From assembly GCA_000165345.1 (NCBI GenBank), contig CM000433.1:864001-928000 (forward strand): a DNA stretch of 64,000 nucleotides, in the 5' to 3' direction. The notes beneath the pieces are model-generated. The model saw nothing but the letters and a program-made list of their open reading frames with translations, was not told the origin of the DNA and did not search any database. Below, in pieces: positions 47,619 to 58,529 of this stretch. The number at the start of each line of letters is the position of its first letter. Positions within the stretch are counted from its first letter, which is position 1. The translations under genes and the position numbers were made by a program.

Positions 47619-47670
47619 ATACCGGCATTTAAAAAATGACGTGTGTAATATTTAACAAATTTTGCATGCA
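47619..47670. promoter_or_regulatory. Composite element ATACCGGCATTT-N4-AATGACGTGTGTAA plus TTGCATGCA, in a convergent 3-prime/3-prime intergenic region
   Basis: taATACCGGCATTTaaaaAATGACGTGTGTAAtatttaacaaatTTTGCATGCAac. Its partner at 27403..27429 has the same order and spacing. Confidence 0.5.
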
Positions 47671-47693
47671 ACTTTTAAAGAAAATCAGAATTT

Positions 47694-49430
47694 TTATGGA
47701 ATTGCAAAAATATGTATAGATTGGTCCTTATGTAAGCATTTTGGTGATTGTCTGTTTTTCTTCTTCATTTTATCTGAAACTGTTACAATCATATTATCAG
47801 AAATGAAAGAAACTCCTTCAACGTTACAATATTTAAAGTCACAAACATGGTCTCTTGGGAAATAATAGACCCGCCCATTGGGAAGTAGTTGAATCTTATC
47901 AGGATCCAAATATTCTCCGTCTCCATAATCTATTTCTCCAATCCATATACTTGAGTCTTCCTGTGAAGTTATTGCTACTTTATTACCTCTTACATCAATT
48001 GATGAGTAATCTTGAAAATTAGCTTCTTTAGGAATGTTAATCATCCTAACTGATTTCCATATGCATTTTGATTTTAAACTATTCATATCACTATTAATTG
48101 TATCCCCAGTTGTTAATTCTGTTGTTTTATTTATATATTCCTTCTTCATTAAAATGAGTCTTCCATTTCCATATTCTTCTCCTTTCATTTCTCCCATACA
48201 AAAATTGCCTTCGCAAAGTCCCAATAAATAAAAATCACCATTTCGCGTTCTTAGTCCTATTGCTCCCTCAAATCCTTTGTTATCAAAATCAAACTTATGT
48301 TCTGCAGTGCATGTTTCTAAAACTTCATATGACTCAACATTATTCACCTTTACTAATGCTAATTCAATAATATGTGAATGATAATGCCTAGAAGAATTAT
48401 GATTTTCGTCTTTTAAGTTCTTTGAAAAATCTTTATATAATTTTAATTCTTCTAAATCATGTGGTATTGATTCTCTGATTACAAATAAATGCCCTGTAAT
48501 ATCATCCCTTACAATTGCTTCCCACTGTGAATCCTCAGTATTTGGATCAGTTCCTAATAAAAGTGTATTAATATCCAAAGGATTTCCACCTGATGTTGTT
48601 GTTTGCATATTTAATAGTTTATTTGAATGTGAAAAAGGAGTTAAGCTTAATCCAAATTTTCCAATAGTCCAAGAATTATCACAAACTACCCACATTTCTT
48701 CATTAAAAACTTTAACATCACTTGCTTCAAATTTTCTTATATTCAAAGTATCTTTGGGTAAGGCAAAATATGAAAGTTCATAAACCAGTTTTAATACTTT
48801 CTTTGTGTAATCCTTGTCATTACATATATCATTTTCTGCTGCTCTTTTATTTATACCATAAGTGTTATAATGACTTCCAAATACTGAATTCACTACATCT
48901 AACGTTGTATTTCCTCCTAAATTGATAACATCTTTAATTATATGATCATTATCTTTCTTAGTTACATTGCCATTAATATCTATTACTGAGCTTCTATTTG
49001 TCACTCTTTCACTATCCCCTAAAATTAATGAACCTGTTTTATTTTGTTCCATATTTGACATTTGAGTTGAATTTACTATTTGTTTCACATTTTTATTCTC
49101 ATAATTATTATAAGCTCTTCCCTCATGTTTCTTCTTTAAAAGTAGAGCATTTTCAAGCATTTCCTTTCTCAATTCTATTCTATTTTTAACTGGTAATTTT
49201 ATTAGTACTAGTAAGCTAATAAAAGCAGCCAATATAACTAAAAATCTTAATATAGATGAAAACTTCTTATTACCTAAATTAAAATACTCATTAAAGAGAT
49301 TATTACTGACATTTCTATTATTAGTATTGGAATTTTGATTATCTGAAATATTAAAGTAGTTATTACTAAATCTTCCCAATGAAATATAATCACTTTCAAT
49401 TTTGTTATCAAAGTTATTATACATATCCAT
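47694..49430 (-). CDS. Type II membrane protein (N-terminal anchor, large lumenal or extracellular domain), hypothetical
   Basis: 578-aa ORF. It has a single hydrophobic segment SILRFLVILAAFISLLVLI after a 50-residue N-terminus. It carries many N-glycosylation sequons and scattered Cys pairs. No recognisable catalytic motif. Confidence 0.5.
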   Translation of the reverse strand: MDMYNNFDNKIESDYISLGRFSNNYFNISDNQNSNTNNRNVSNNLFNEYFNLGNKKFSSILRFLVILAAFISLLVLIKLPVKNRIELRKEMLENALLLKKKHEGRAYNNYENKNVKQIVNSTQMSNMEQNKTGSLILGDSERVTNRSSVIDINGNVTKKDNDHIIKDVINLGGNTTLDVVNSVFGSHYNTYGINKRAAENDICNDKDYTKKVLKLVYELSYFALPKDTLNIRKFEASDVKVFNEEMWVVCDNSWTIGKFGLSLTPFSHSNKLLNMQTTTSGGNPLDINTLLLGTDPNTEDSQWEAIVRDDITGHLFVIRESIPHDLEELKLYKDFSKNLKDENHNSSRHYHSHIIELALVKVNNVESYEVLETCTAEHKFDFDNKGFEGAIGLRTRNGDFYLLGLCEGNFCMGEMKGEEYGNGRLILMKKEYINKTTELTTGDTINSDMNSLKSKCIWKSVRMINIPKEANFQDYSSIDVRGNKVAITSQEDSSIWIGEIDYGDGEYLDPDKIQLLPNGRVYYFPRDHVCDFKYCNVEGVSFISDNMIVTVSDKMKKKNRQSPKCLHKDQSIHIFAIP

Positions 49431-49900
49431 AGCTTTCTGTTTTACTTCTACTACTATTTTATGTAATTAATATTATTCTTTTTAAATTTCATGAAATGAT
49501 GCCAATTAAATTATTTATCTATGTTAAATCCGTTTAAATTTAAGAAATTATATAACTTGAATTGATATAACCCTTTAATTGTATAGGCACACACACATTT
49601 ATTAATATTTAAATGATCATTTAGCTTGAATTTAAAAAAAAACAAACATTAATATTTTTGATCTATTCGCAAACTTTTTTTTTTATTTTGCATATTTGCA
49701 TATAATCACATTTTCCCCTCATTTTTTTGATTATCCTACTCAAAAACAAATAGAAAAACTTAGATTAATCATAAAGACACTAACACAACCTGAAAACTAT
49801 CTAAAATACTAGCTATGCGCACTATGATCAATCATATATTATCTTATTTATATTCAATTTAACTTTTATATGGTATCGAGTGAACAAAAATTATTCCAAT

Positions 49901-49952
49901 ATTGCCGCCAAAACAGCCTCATGTACATGTGACTTTGGCGGTAAAATTGCCT
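49901..49952. promoter_or_regulatory. Inverted E2F-like half sites (TTGCCGCCAAAA N20 TTTGGCGGTAAAATTGCC) upstream of the RING-ligase paralogue 50342
   Basis: aTTGCCGCCAAAAcagcctcatgtacatgtgacTTTGGCGGtaaaattgcc. The outer ATTGCC/GGCAAT arms extend the palindrome. Confidence 0.5.
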
Positions 49953-50341
49953 GGTCAAAGGGTGCATATATTTAAATTAAATTGATCAAGACTCACAAAT
50001 ATAAAATGGGTAAACAGTGAAATAGGTGTCAGTTTTTGTTTTTAAAAAATTGGGGAAAAAGAACTTATAATATTATTTTTTTTTGGTTCATTAGTAAGAT
50101 TGATAAATTAATAATTTATAGAGATCTTTTTTCTCTCATTCTAATTTAATAAAATTCAAGTGAAAATAATAGCAATTTACAAAAAGGATCAAAGTTATTT
50201 TACGTTAAAATAATTAAGATGAAAAATATAATAAAAATATGTATAACCGTATTTTAATTATATGCTCAGTAAATTAGAAAATTGAAGTATTTTTTTCTGA
50301 ATTCAACTAAATAATAAAAAAAAAGAATTTTTGGAGTTGAA

Positions 50342-52534
50342 ATGAGAAACGAAAATGGTATTGCTAATTCTAGTCAAAAGCTAACCTTAGGCAAACATGT
50401 TTTGCGCGCCACTTTGATTCTCACAATATTACTACCATTTATCTTGGAGATATATTATTTGATACCTAATTTTGTTTCGTTTTATTCAGGAAAAGAATGG
50501 GTAAGAGTATTACTTGATGAAAACCAAAATAATGATTTGAGAACAATAAGCAAATCAAACTCAACAGAAAGCAATGTAATGGATAGGATGGCAGTAGATA
50601 AGAATGACAATATATTGATAATGTTAATCAAGAATCCAATTTCTCACATAGTAATTCAAGATGTGTTTTTGGATAAGAGTGTGTCAGAAAATAGTTTGAA
50701 AAAAAGTATAAGAATACCAAAAACAAGGGGAGTAAAGAATTATTCTTCAAGAAGTAAAAAAGAATTAAGTGGAGATAGACTTTTAGTAAGAAAAGATAAT
50801 TGTAACTGCCCAGCATTGGAAAATTCATTTTCAAATATAGTAGAGAATGAAAATGGCGAATTTTATTCATTAATGCTTGATGGTCAAAATAGTGTGAATA
50901 ATCCAATATTAATACAGGTGATATCTCTAATATTATTATTGTTTAGATGGGTCATATTATTAATGTATATAGTGGCTCAGCTTTTTCTTCCAATAAAAGC
51001 TGTAAGACAGATAGTAAACAAGAAGTTATTAAGGTCTAGTGCAATATCAGTTTTTTATGTTACAAGTATATCTCTATCTTTAACCATAGTTGGTTTAGAA
51101 GGTAAAGATTGCATAAGTTGGTGGTTTCTTGGATCTTCTCCAGAATATATATTGTTGATACAAGTTTTTGTTTGGTTAATAGCTAGTGTTTGTATTTTTC
51201 TATATTTGGTTCAATACTTTTTAGAAATAGTTTTGAATGTATCTAGAAGATACAAATTGTTGAATGACTTCATAACAACATCTATTTTTATTCCAGCAGG
51301 ATTACTGATAATCGTTTCAATAAGCTTGTGTATTCTGGGAATAATTAAACCATGGATATTTATGGCTTGGCTAACAACAGCAGTAACTGAGTTTGAGAAA
51401 AATTTAAGAATATTAGCAAAAGTTTATGATGAAGAATTTCCATTAGAAGCAGAAACAAGTTGGAGTAGAAATTCTATTTTTTTCAATAGAACAAACAGTA
51501 ATAATGTCAGAGAAGAGCATAAAAATGAAATTAGCGTAGTAGAATTAAGAGAAGATTCCAATGATGATAAATCTGAAAAAATGAAAGAAAATAACTCAAA
51601 ATTAAATACTAGAAGAGAAAATGATATTTTAATAATACCCATTAGTAATTCATACTTTAAAATATTGGATTATAGCCTTGATAATTTTTGTACAAAGTTA
51701 TGTTTATGGTACATAACTCAGCATAATGAAGCAGATAACAAGCTAGTTTCTAGAATTGAGTTAGAGGAACATTCAAATAAGAACTCACTAAAAATATTCG
51801 AATTTTCAATAACAGATTTTGTTAGGAATTTGGATTTAGAGGAAAAAGGTATAGATAAAAATTCGTCAAGAATATGCCTAACAAAAGTTAAATCATCATC
51901 ATCAGACTCGACAGTTTCTAGAATCAATTCATTTCATACAGAAAATATGAGTGAAAATACAAATAGTCAATTTATTTGTAATATATGTTTCCTGGATTTT
52001 GATTCAATAATTATTTTTTCACCATGTGGGCATGGAGGTGTATGTTTAGAATGCCTTGGAGATTATATATCGAACAATTTCAAGTTAAAACAACATCCAA
52101 AATGCCACATATGTCGGGAAGATATTTCAAAAATGATAGAGATTCAAAAGGGTAAGGAACAAATTAGTCAAGATAAGTATATATTTGAAGAGGCAAGAAG
52201 CTTTGAGACAACTCTAAGCAATAAAGTGAATTCGATTAATGAAAATAATGTGAATGACATTCATTTAATTTCAAATACTAAATTAATTGCTGAAATTTCT
52301 TGTAATTCAAGAAATAGTAATTCCTCAAGTTATAGTAGAAGTTCCAGCTCTGTATCTAATCGAGATTCAAATTCAAGCATTATTACTCTTAAAATATCAA
52401 GAAAGAATTCAGATTTATGGTCACATCCACGTATTAAAGAATTTATTAGCGATAATGAAACTAATAAATTAAAAACTTGGGTTCGTAGTCATTTTACTCG
52501 ATTTTTTACTAATTCAAATAGAAGATTAAGCTAA
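50342..52534 (+). CDS. Multi-pass membrane protein with a C-terminal C3HC4 RING finger (putative membrane E3 ligase), the intact paralogue
   Basis: 730 aa in a single ORF from an ATG. It has at least 6 hydrophobic helices (for example VISLILLLFRWVILLMYIVAQLFL, ILLIQVFVWLIASVCIFLYLV and IFIPAGLLIIVSISLCILGII). The C-terminal RING reads CNICFLDFDSIIIFSPCGHGGVCLECLG...KCHICREDI. The tail is Ser-rich. Confidence 0.7.
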   Translation: MRNENGIANSSQKLTLGKHVLRATLILTILLPFILEIYYLIPNFVSFYSGKEWVRVLLDENQNNDLRTISKSNSTESNVMDRMAVDKNDNILIMLIKNPISHIVIQDVFLDKSVSENSLKKSIRIPKTRGVKNYSSRSKKELSGDRLLVRKDNCNCPALENSFSNIVENENGEFYSLMLDGQNSVNNPILIQVISLILLLFRWVILLMYIVAQLFLPIKAVRQIVNKKLLRSSAISVFYVTSISLSLTIVGLEGKDCISWWFLGSSPEYILLIQVFVWLIASVCIFLYLVQYFLEIVLNVSRRYKLLNDFITTSIFIPAGLLIIVSISLCILGIIKPWIFMAWLTTAVTEFEKNLRILAKVYDEEFPLEAETSWSRNSIFFNRTNSNNVREEHKNEISVVELREDSNDDKSEKMKENNSKLNTRRENDILIIPISNSYFKILDYSLDNFCTKLCLWYITQHNEADNKLVSRIELEEHSNKNSLKIFEFSITDFVRNLDLEEKGIDKNSSRICLTKVKSSSSDSTVSRINSFHTENMSENTNSQFICNICFLDFDSIIIFSPCGHGGVCLECLGDYISNNFKLKQHPKCHICREDISKMIEIQKGKEQISQDKYIFEEARSFETTLSNKVNSINENNVNDIHLISNTKLIAEISCNSRNSNSSSYSRSSSSVSNRDSNSSIITLKISRKNSDLWSHPRIKEFISDNETNKLKTWVRSHFTRFFTNSNRRLS

Positions 52535-53061
52535 AATAGTAATTATTATAATTTTTATAATTTCTTTTATTTTCCCTCCCCTCATGCATTTATTTGCATG
52601 GCTTACATGCAAATAATTCTTTCCACAACAAGCTCCCGCCATACGTGTAAAATACCGGTATCTAAAATTATTGTAAATAATACACACGTAATACGAAAAA
52701 AATAATTTTAGGGAATTAAAAAATTTGATTCCCTATATGAATTTCTTTTTTTTTAAATAAATTATTCAAGACGAATTTCAAAGAATATTCTTGAGGAATT
52801 TTATACAAATTATAAAGAAACCAATGAAAATAATTAAATTCATATAAAGTTTAATTTAAGGAAAAAAAAATATACGATTTTTGGAATATTAATAGACTTG
52901 GATTTGATTCATGTTGTCTTATAACAGAGTTAAATGTGGTGATTATACATTAAGCTTTTATGATTCTAAGTAAACCTTTTTTTATAGTTAGGTAAGAAAA
53001 AATTTAGCCTTCAATTCAAGATTGTGGGGAAGTTTAAAATAAGAACCTCCATACCAAGAAG

Positions 53062-55095
53062 ATGAGTGCTAAGACTAATAATGTAAATAACAATATTAAT
53101 GACAAAGACGAAATAAGTAATAGTTATGTTGATTTAAAAAATGATGAACAAGGCTCTGATATTCAAGATGAGCCTTTTAATATAAGCAATTTAATATCAG
53201 TGTTGCGTTTTAATTTAAATAATGAAAATGCAAGTAAAGAGAAAATATTGAGCCAAATATACAATTTAATGAATAAAAGAATGCCAATAAAGTATTCTAC
53301 TGTACAAAGAAAGACTAAAGCCAAGGGGTTTGTTACAAGTGAAGATAGATTACGAGGTAAACTTTATAATGATCATTTGAGAAATAAGTCTAAAGAAATC
53401 AACAAAAATCACCATAAAGAAATTCAAGAAAAATCTGCAGACCCTGATTCAGCTAATGAAAGTATTTCAAATAATAATAAAAGTCCTACCAATACTATAA
53501 GAATTACATCCCCCAAAATATCTATAATTAATAAAAATGATATGAAAAATAAGCAAATTAACATATTATTTGATTACATTCTATCAACACTTATCATATC
53601 TGATCAGATCAAAGTTAAATTGGATATATTAACATTACTGGAAGAACAGTATGAGACAATATTGGGAAACCCTGAACAAATTCTTTCTGAAAAAAAATGT
53701 TGGGAAAGATATAATACAACTTTTAATCTATTTGAACATATTATCGCAGCAAATTATAAAGCAATTGCAAATGAGTCAATTAATTTATTTGAAGCTAGTA
53801 CAGTCCTTTCTGGTTCAAATTCAATTTCCATTGATAATATTTACCAAGAATTAATCAACAATCCTAAATATTCAATTCCTATAGTATTACAATCTCAGAC
53901 TTTGGTTACTTTTACAAGTATTGCTCTCTGCTTGAATTTATTGGAAACTGCACCTTTCTGGTTTTCTAAGCTACTTTCTATATTGTTTATTATTTGCAAA
54001 GAAGAATCTATTAAAACACAAAAATCACATGATAGAAATCCTATATTATTCCAAAATTACTATTCAATCTTAAGAAGATATGCGATCGAGTGTCTTATTG
54101 AGATTAATAAGACTTATCCGTTGATTTTTTGTCCTCTGTTAGAAATCAATTTTATACCAAATCAGAATATTGAAAAAGTCAATATTGAAAATCAGGGTTT
54201 TGGCTTTATACAAAGAAATATTCATCCAAGTATTTGGCTAGATAATCTTGAAAAAGGATTCATTACAGATTGCAAGAACTTCAATAAGAATAATATTTAT
54301 AATGACCAATTCATTGAACTAATGATCAATATTATCATTACTTTAATCGTTAAAAATTATACAAAACAAACAGATATTACCAAAGTTATCAAGGAAAAGG
54401 AAAGATTTCTTACATATTTGGTGACTTATATTATGGAGAATTTGAAATCTATTTCATGCTGGAATTTACACAGTCGAATTTTATTCTTGAAAAAAATTAC
54501 AAAAACATTGTCAATACCTTCCAATATTTTGGAATCATCTCTTATACCTTTTTCATATTCATCCAGAATTCATATTTTATTTGAAATTTGTTTCTTTATA
54601 TTGGACGGTATTTCAAAAGAATCTTTCTCCAATGTATATCATCAGATTATTGGAATATTAAATAATTTTCATTTTCCTTTAACTTTTAGAATATATTCAT
54701 CCAAATGGATCCAATTTCTCATTTCGAACTATTCTGAAAAGTTAATTGAACAAACTAATAATCATCAAAATTATACTTTGGCTAAGTTTATTCACCATCT
54801 GTTAATACCAAAATGGTACGATTTTTGTAAAATCAAATACTTTAAATCCCTTATCATTCTTCAGCTTAAGTTCCAAAACGTTATTCAAAATACTAATGAC
54901 GAAGATTTTTTTGAGATTCTTTATCAATCTTTAAATACTTTGCAAGAATATATTATTATTAAAGCTCCTGTTGGTGCACATTCAATTTATTTAAAGCTAT
55001 TATTCAAAATTTCTATATTATTTGGAGTTAACCAACATATTTCTGATTTAATTGTTAAATATACATGCCATCCAAATTTCCCAAATATCATCTGA
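53062..55095 (+). CDS. Hypothetical large helical (HEAT/ARM-like) protein
   Basis: 677-aa ORF from ATG to TGA. The N-terminus is low-complexity and acidic. It is followed by long amphipathic helical segments. I recognise no family. Confidence 0.5.
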   Translation: MSAKTNNVNNNINDKDEISNSYVDLKNDEQGSDIQDEPFNISNLISVLRFNLNNENASKEKILSQIYNLMNKRMPIKYSTVQRKTKAKGFVTSEDRLRGKLYNDHLRNKSKEINKNHHKEIQEKSADPDSANESISNNNKSPTNTIRITSPKISIINKNDMKNKQINILFDYILSTLIISDQIKVKLDILTLLEEQYETILGNPEQILSEKKCWERYNTTFNLFEHIIAANYKAIANESINLFEASTVLSGSNSISIDNIYQELINNPKYSIPIVLQSQTLVTFTSIALCLNLLETAPFWFSKLLSILFIICKEESIKTQKSHDRNPILFQNYYSILRRYAIECLIEINKTYPLIFCPLLEINFIPNQNIEKVNIENQGFGFIQRNIHPSIWLDNLEKGFITDCKNFNKNNIYNDQFIELMINIIITLIVKNYTKQTDITKVIKEKERFLTYLVTYIMENLKSISCWNLHSRILFLKKITKTLSIPSNILESSLIPFSYSSRIHILFEICFFILDGISKESFSNVYHQIIGILNNFHFPLTFRIYSSKWIQFLISNYSEKLIEQTNNHQNYTLAKFIHHLLIPKWYDFCKIKYFKSLIILQLKFQNVIQNTNDEDFFEILYQSLNTLQEYIIIKAPVGAHSIYLKLLFKISILFGVNQHISDLIVKYTCHPNFPNII

Positions 55096-55377
55096 TCACA
55101 TAAATAATTCTATACAATTATTACATTTAATATCAAGTTTATTCATCAAACCAGAGACAATTTGTAAGTTTATATTAATTATTTATTTTAATATTATGGA
55201 CTAATTAACTCATGAATTTTCAATATTTTATTTTCAAAAAAAATTAATATAGTGAACATATTCTACTTTTATTTGAAACTTTCCTGAGTCATATCAAAAC
55301 TTTGAATAATCCAAGAGATATTGATCCATTTCTTATGGTATTGATTTATTTATCGAAGAGACTTTAGATTCACAGAA

Positions 55378-56811
55378 ATGGGAAATCATGCAGTAATTTC
55401 AGATTTGATCAATTCATTATTTTATATTCCAAAAGTATTTCTTGAAAAGATTCAAAAACCTGTACTTAAATGGATTTATATTAATAAAGTTTTTACAGTA
55501 AGTTTATTAACTATTGTTATTTTTATTTTAACAAAATTTTAGGTTTGTTTGTCAATAATAACAAATAATATGAATAATTATAATGTAATTTACTTGCTAA
55601 ATAATTTATTTGGTTATATTAAAAGTCAATTAAAAGTTTATGATACTCAATTATTGGACTCAATAAATGAAATAGAATGTTCAATGAATTGTATGAGCTT
55701 GAGAACTATTCATGGTTTATTTGAGATAGAAGAATATAAGCAATGTAAAGAGAATTTAAACAATTTAGAACATATTTCAAAACAAAGAGAAAGTAAATTG
55801 GAAGAGAGGCTTCAAACAGAAAATGTGAATAAAGAACTTTATAAAATTCGATTAGATGCATATAAACAGTTTAGAAGACAAATATATGGTTTGAGAGATG
55901 ATTCATTTTCTATTTTCTCAAAGAATAAGCAACATAATACTTTAATATTACCATTCCAAATTAAATATCTCGAGATTGATGAAGAGCAAAGTTGTTTATA
56001 TGGAATAAAATTAAATTTTAAATCAAGTAATGATTCTTTAGGAATTGATCCAGTTTATATTCCATTCTTAAAACCTCAAAATATTCAAGAATTAGAGAAA
56101 GAAGATATTGAAGAAATGGTGATTAGCAAATACCTAGAAGAAGAAAACTCTAGAGTGATAAATTTGAATAATAATATTGTTTTTCTTTTGTTAATTGTAA
56201 AGGTTAAATTTCCAATTCCAGGAAAATTACAAATTGATATGGAATTCAATGATAAATTCGGTCAAACAATTTATGATAAACTTGACAGTATTCAAATCTC
56301 CTTTCAAGATTACTTTCTTCCTTCTCCAAATGAAGATTGGATTTTAAAATGTTATAAAGCTCTCAGTTTGAGACCATTAGAGTTAGAATCTGAAACATCA
56401 AAACATAAAAGTCAATTAGAAACTCCAGAAATGGTGAATACATGTAAACTTTTGGATATATCATCGAATTTAGTATTAAGAAATATCAATAAGCATTTAC
56501 GTACTTTTGAAATAAATGGAAATGAATTACTTTCTGTGATTAATGAAAAAATTAATATTAAGGAAGATTTTGATTTTAAACATGATTTGTTAATTCATCA
56601 AATAGAACTTAAGAAACAAAACTTTATTGAGGATTTACAAGTTCAAATTAGCTATAGATGGTTTTGTATTCACTTATTACCAAAATATTATTTAATAATT
56701 CAGTTTTCTATCACTAATAAGTCATCAATAGTCAGAATTTACACGGATTTCCCTGAGATTCTTTCTCATTGTGATGATTTTTTTGATTCTTGGTTATCAT
56801 TATCACCATAA
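55378..56811 (+). CDS. Hypothetical protein with two exons, join(55378..55497,55543..56811). It may instead be the 3-prime part of the upstream gene.
   Basis: ORF 55549..56811 opens at a TTG directly after acceptor ttttag ending 55542. An upstream exon from the ATG at 55378 (MGNHAVISDLINSLFYIPKVFLEKIQKPVLKWIYINKVFT) ends at a GTAAGT donor at 55498, in phase 0. It continues as VCLSIITNN.... No recognisable domain. Confidence 0.45.
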
Positions 56812-56869
56812 TTGTTTTAATTAATGTAATTTAAACAAAAAAACATATAAATTTAATAAATGGAGAATT

Positions 56870-56901
56870 CTGCATGCAATAAAATGCATGCAGTGCATGT
56901 A
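56870..56901. promoter_or_regulatory. Two TGCATGCA sites plus GTGCATGT in the 230-bp convergent region between 55378..56811 and CWC25
   Basis: tcTGCATGCAataaaATGCATGCAGTGCATGTaactg. Confidence 0.45.
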
Positions 56902-57041
56902 ACTGTAACAAGTGAAGCTAGTGGTAATAATTTATTATTAAAATACAAAAAAGTATATATTTAATGAATCAAGAAAACAAGAAAAAATAAATCTAAAACC
57001 TTTAAGTTTATATAATTTGTATACCTGAATTATTATGAAGT

Positions 57042-58254
57042 TCAATTTTTCATAAACTTCATTCTTTCTTCTAAAGAAGAAATTTGTTTTTGATTGATTT
57101 TATTCCTCATTTCATGCAAATATTCACGATGTTTGGCGGGCTCTTTATTCGAAATATTACTTTTAGCATTAAATTTCTTAATTCTTTCATTTTGAGTGAG
57201 TTTTCCATAATTAATCATTTTTTGAAGTTTTTCTTCTCTATCTGATTTTGAAAGATGATGGTTATTTTTATTTCTTCTATTTACATGAGTGTGAATATTG
57301 TATTTTTTTCTTGAATCATTCTGATGTTTGTAATTATTTGAAAAATAGGGTTCTGATGGTCTCTCAGGTGATCTTGAGAGAGAACTTTTTCTAAACTTTA
57401 TATTTTTTTCTGAAGTTGTTAATTTCAAATTTGCTTGGCAAAATTCATCACGCTTTTTTTTATAATCATCAACTATTTTCATATGTTTGAGTTCCATTTG
57501 CTTAATAATTAGTAAAGGATCTTCTTTTAGTCTGTTGATGATTTCTTTTTCTTCCAAGTCAAAATCTGCCTCCAGATTTTCTTGGTTTTGAAATTTTGTT
57601 TCACCCAATATTTTGGATGTATTTTCTGGAATATTAGCACCTGAAATAGATTAAATACAAAGTAAATTAATAACTAAATTTTAATTTATTTGGATGTGTG
57701 GGCTTCTTATTAATATTTTGTATTAATTTCTTAGTAAAATGAGTCAATATTTAAGTATTTATTGATATTCTTTTTTTATTTTTTTTTTTTTTAAATGAAA
57801 AAGATGAGTAATTTGTCAAATCAATATTTAAAATTGAAGTTTTGAGAATTTAAATAAAAACCATACTTATTAATTCATTGGTTCCGGAAATGTATATTTA
57901 TTGATTTTCTCTTCAGAAAAAGTGAATATTAATTTAAAAAGAAAAAAAAATTGAGTATTAAATTTGGCTTGAAGCTGAAGTTTTTTTAATTTAACATTTT
58001 AATTATAGCCCCTTAATAACATTCAAATATTATCATATTTCTATCATTTCTATTATTAATATCAATTTATTACTTTAATTATTAAAAAAAAACAGCTCTA
58101 TTTTACCCCCAAGAAAAAAATAGTCTTAACCAATATCATTTTGCAGAACCCCATCTTTTAAATTAAAGAACTTACCTAGTAAATACTTTTCATTGTCATA
58201 TTCTAACAAAGCTTTTGGGTCATAAAGAAACTCCAATCTCTCCTTATTACTCAT
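57042..58254 (-). CDS. CWC25: Pre-mRNA-splicing factor CWC25. Two exons, complement(join(57042..57640,58176..58254)), with a 535-nt intron.
   Basis: ORF 57042..57608 starts at a TTG. The upstream exon MSNKERLEFLYDPKALLEYDNEKYLL- ends at a GTAAGT donor at 58175 (minus strand) and joins acceptor tctatttcag ending 57641, in phase 1, giving -GANIPENTSKILGETKF.... Conserved CWC25 blocks are LEFLYDP...DEYLLG (human LDWMYQGP...DEYLLGRP) and INRLKEDPLLIIKQME (human SKIREDPLFIIRKKE). The C-terminus is basic. Confidence 0.7.
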
Positions 58255-58342
58255 TAATTCTACCCAAAATTATTCTCCTCAATCTAGTCAAAAATTCTAT
58301 TCTTACGTATTTATTTTAAAATTCAAAACAAAAAAGTTGGCA

Positions 58343-58357
58343 TTGGCGCGCGCGCCA
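58343..58357. promoter_or_regulatory. Perfect 14-bp GC palindrome TGGCGCGCGCGCCA (an extended E2F-like site) in the divergent CWC25/58530 promoter
   Basis: gttggcatTGGCGCGCGCGCCAtctag is read directly. It is 100% G+C over 12 bp, in a locus with about 22% G+C. Confidence 0.55.
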
Positions 58358-58529
58358 TCTAGTTTATGACAAATTTATTTTAGTCATTATAATTAACTAA
58401 ATGAGGAAATTTAAGGGAAAATCAAGGAGGAAAAGAAATAACTAGATAATAAAAGGTTAAACTTTATGCACAATATAAATTATCTGAATAAAGTTATAAA
58501 GTAAATGGAGAAGAAACAGTGAAAAGAAA

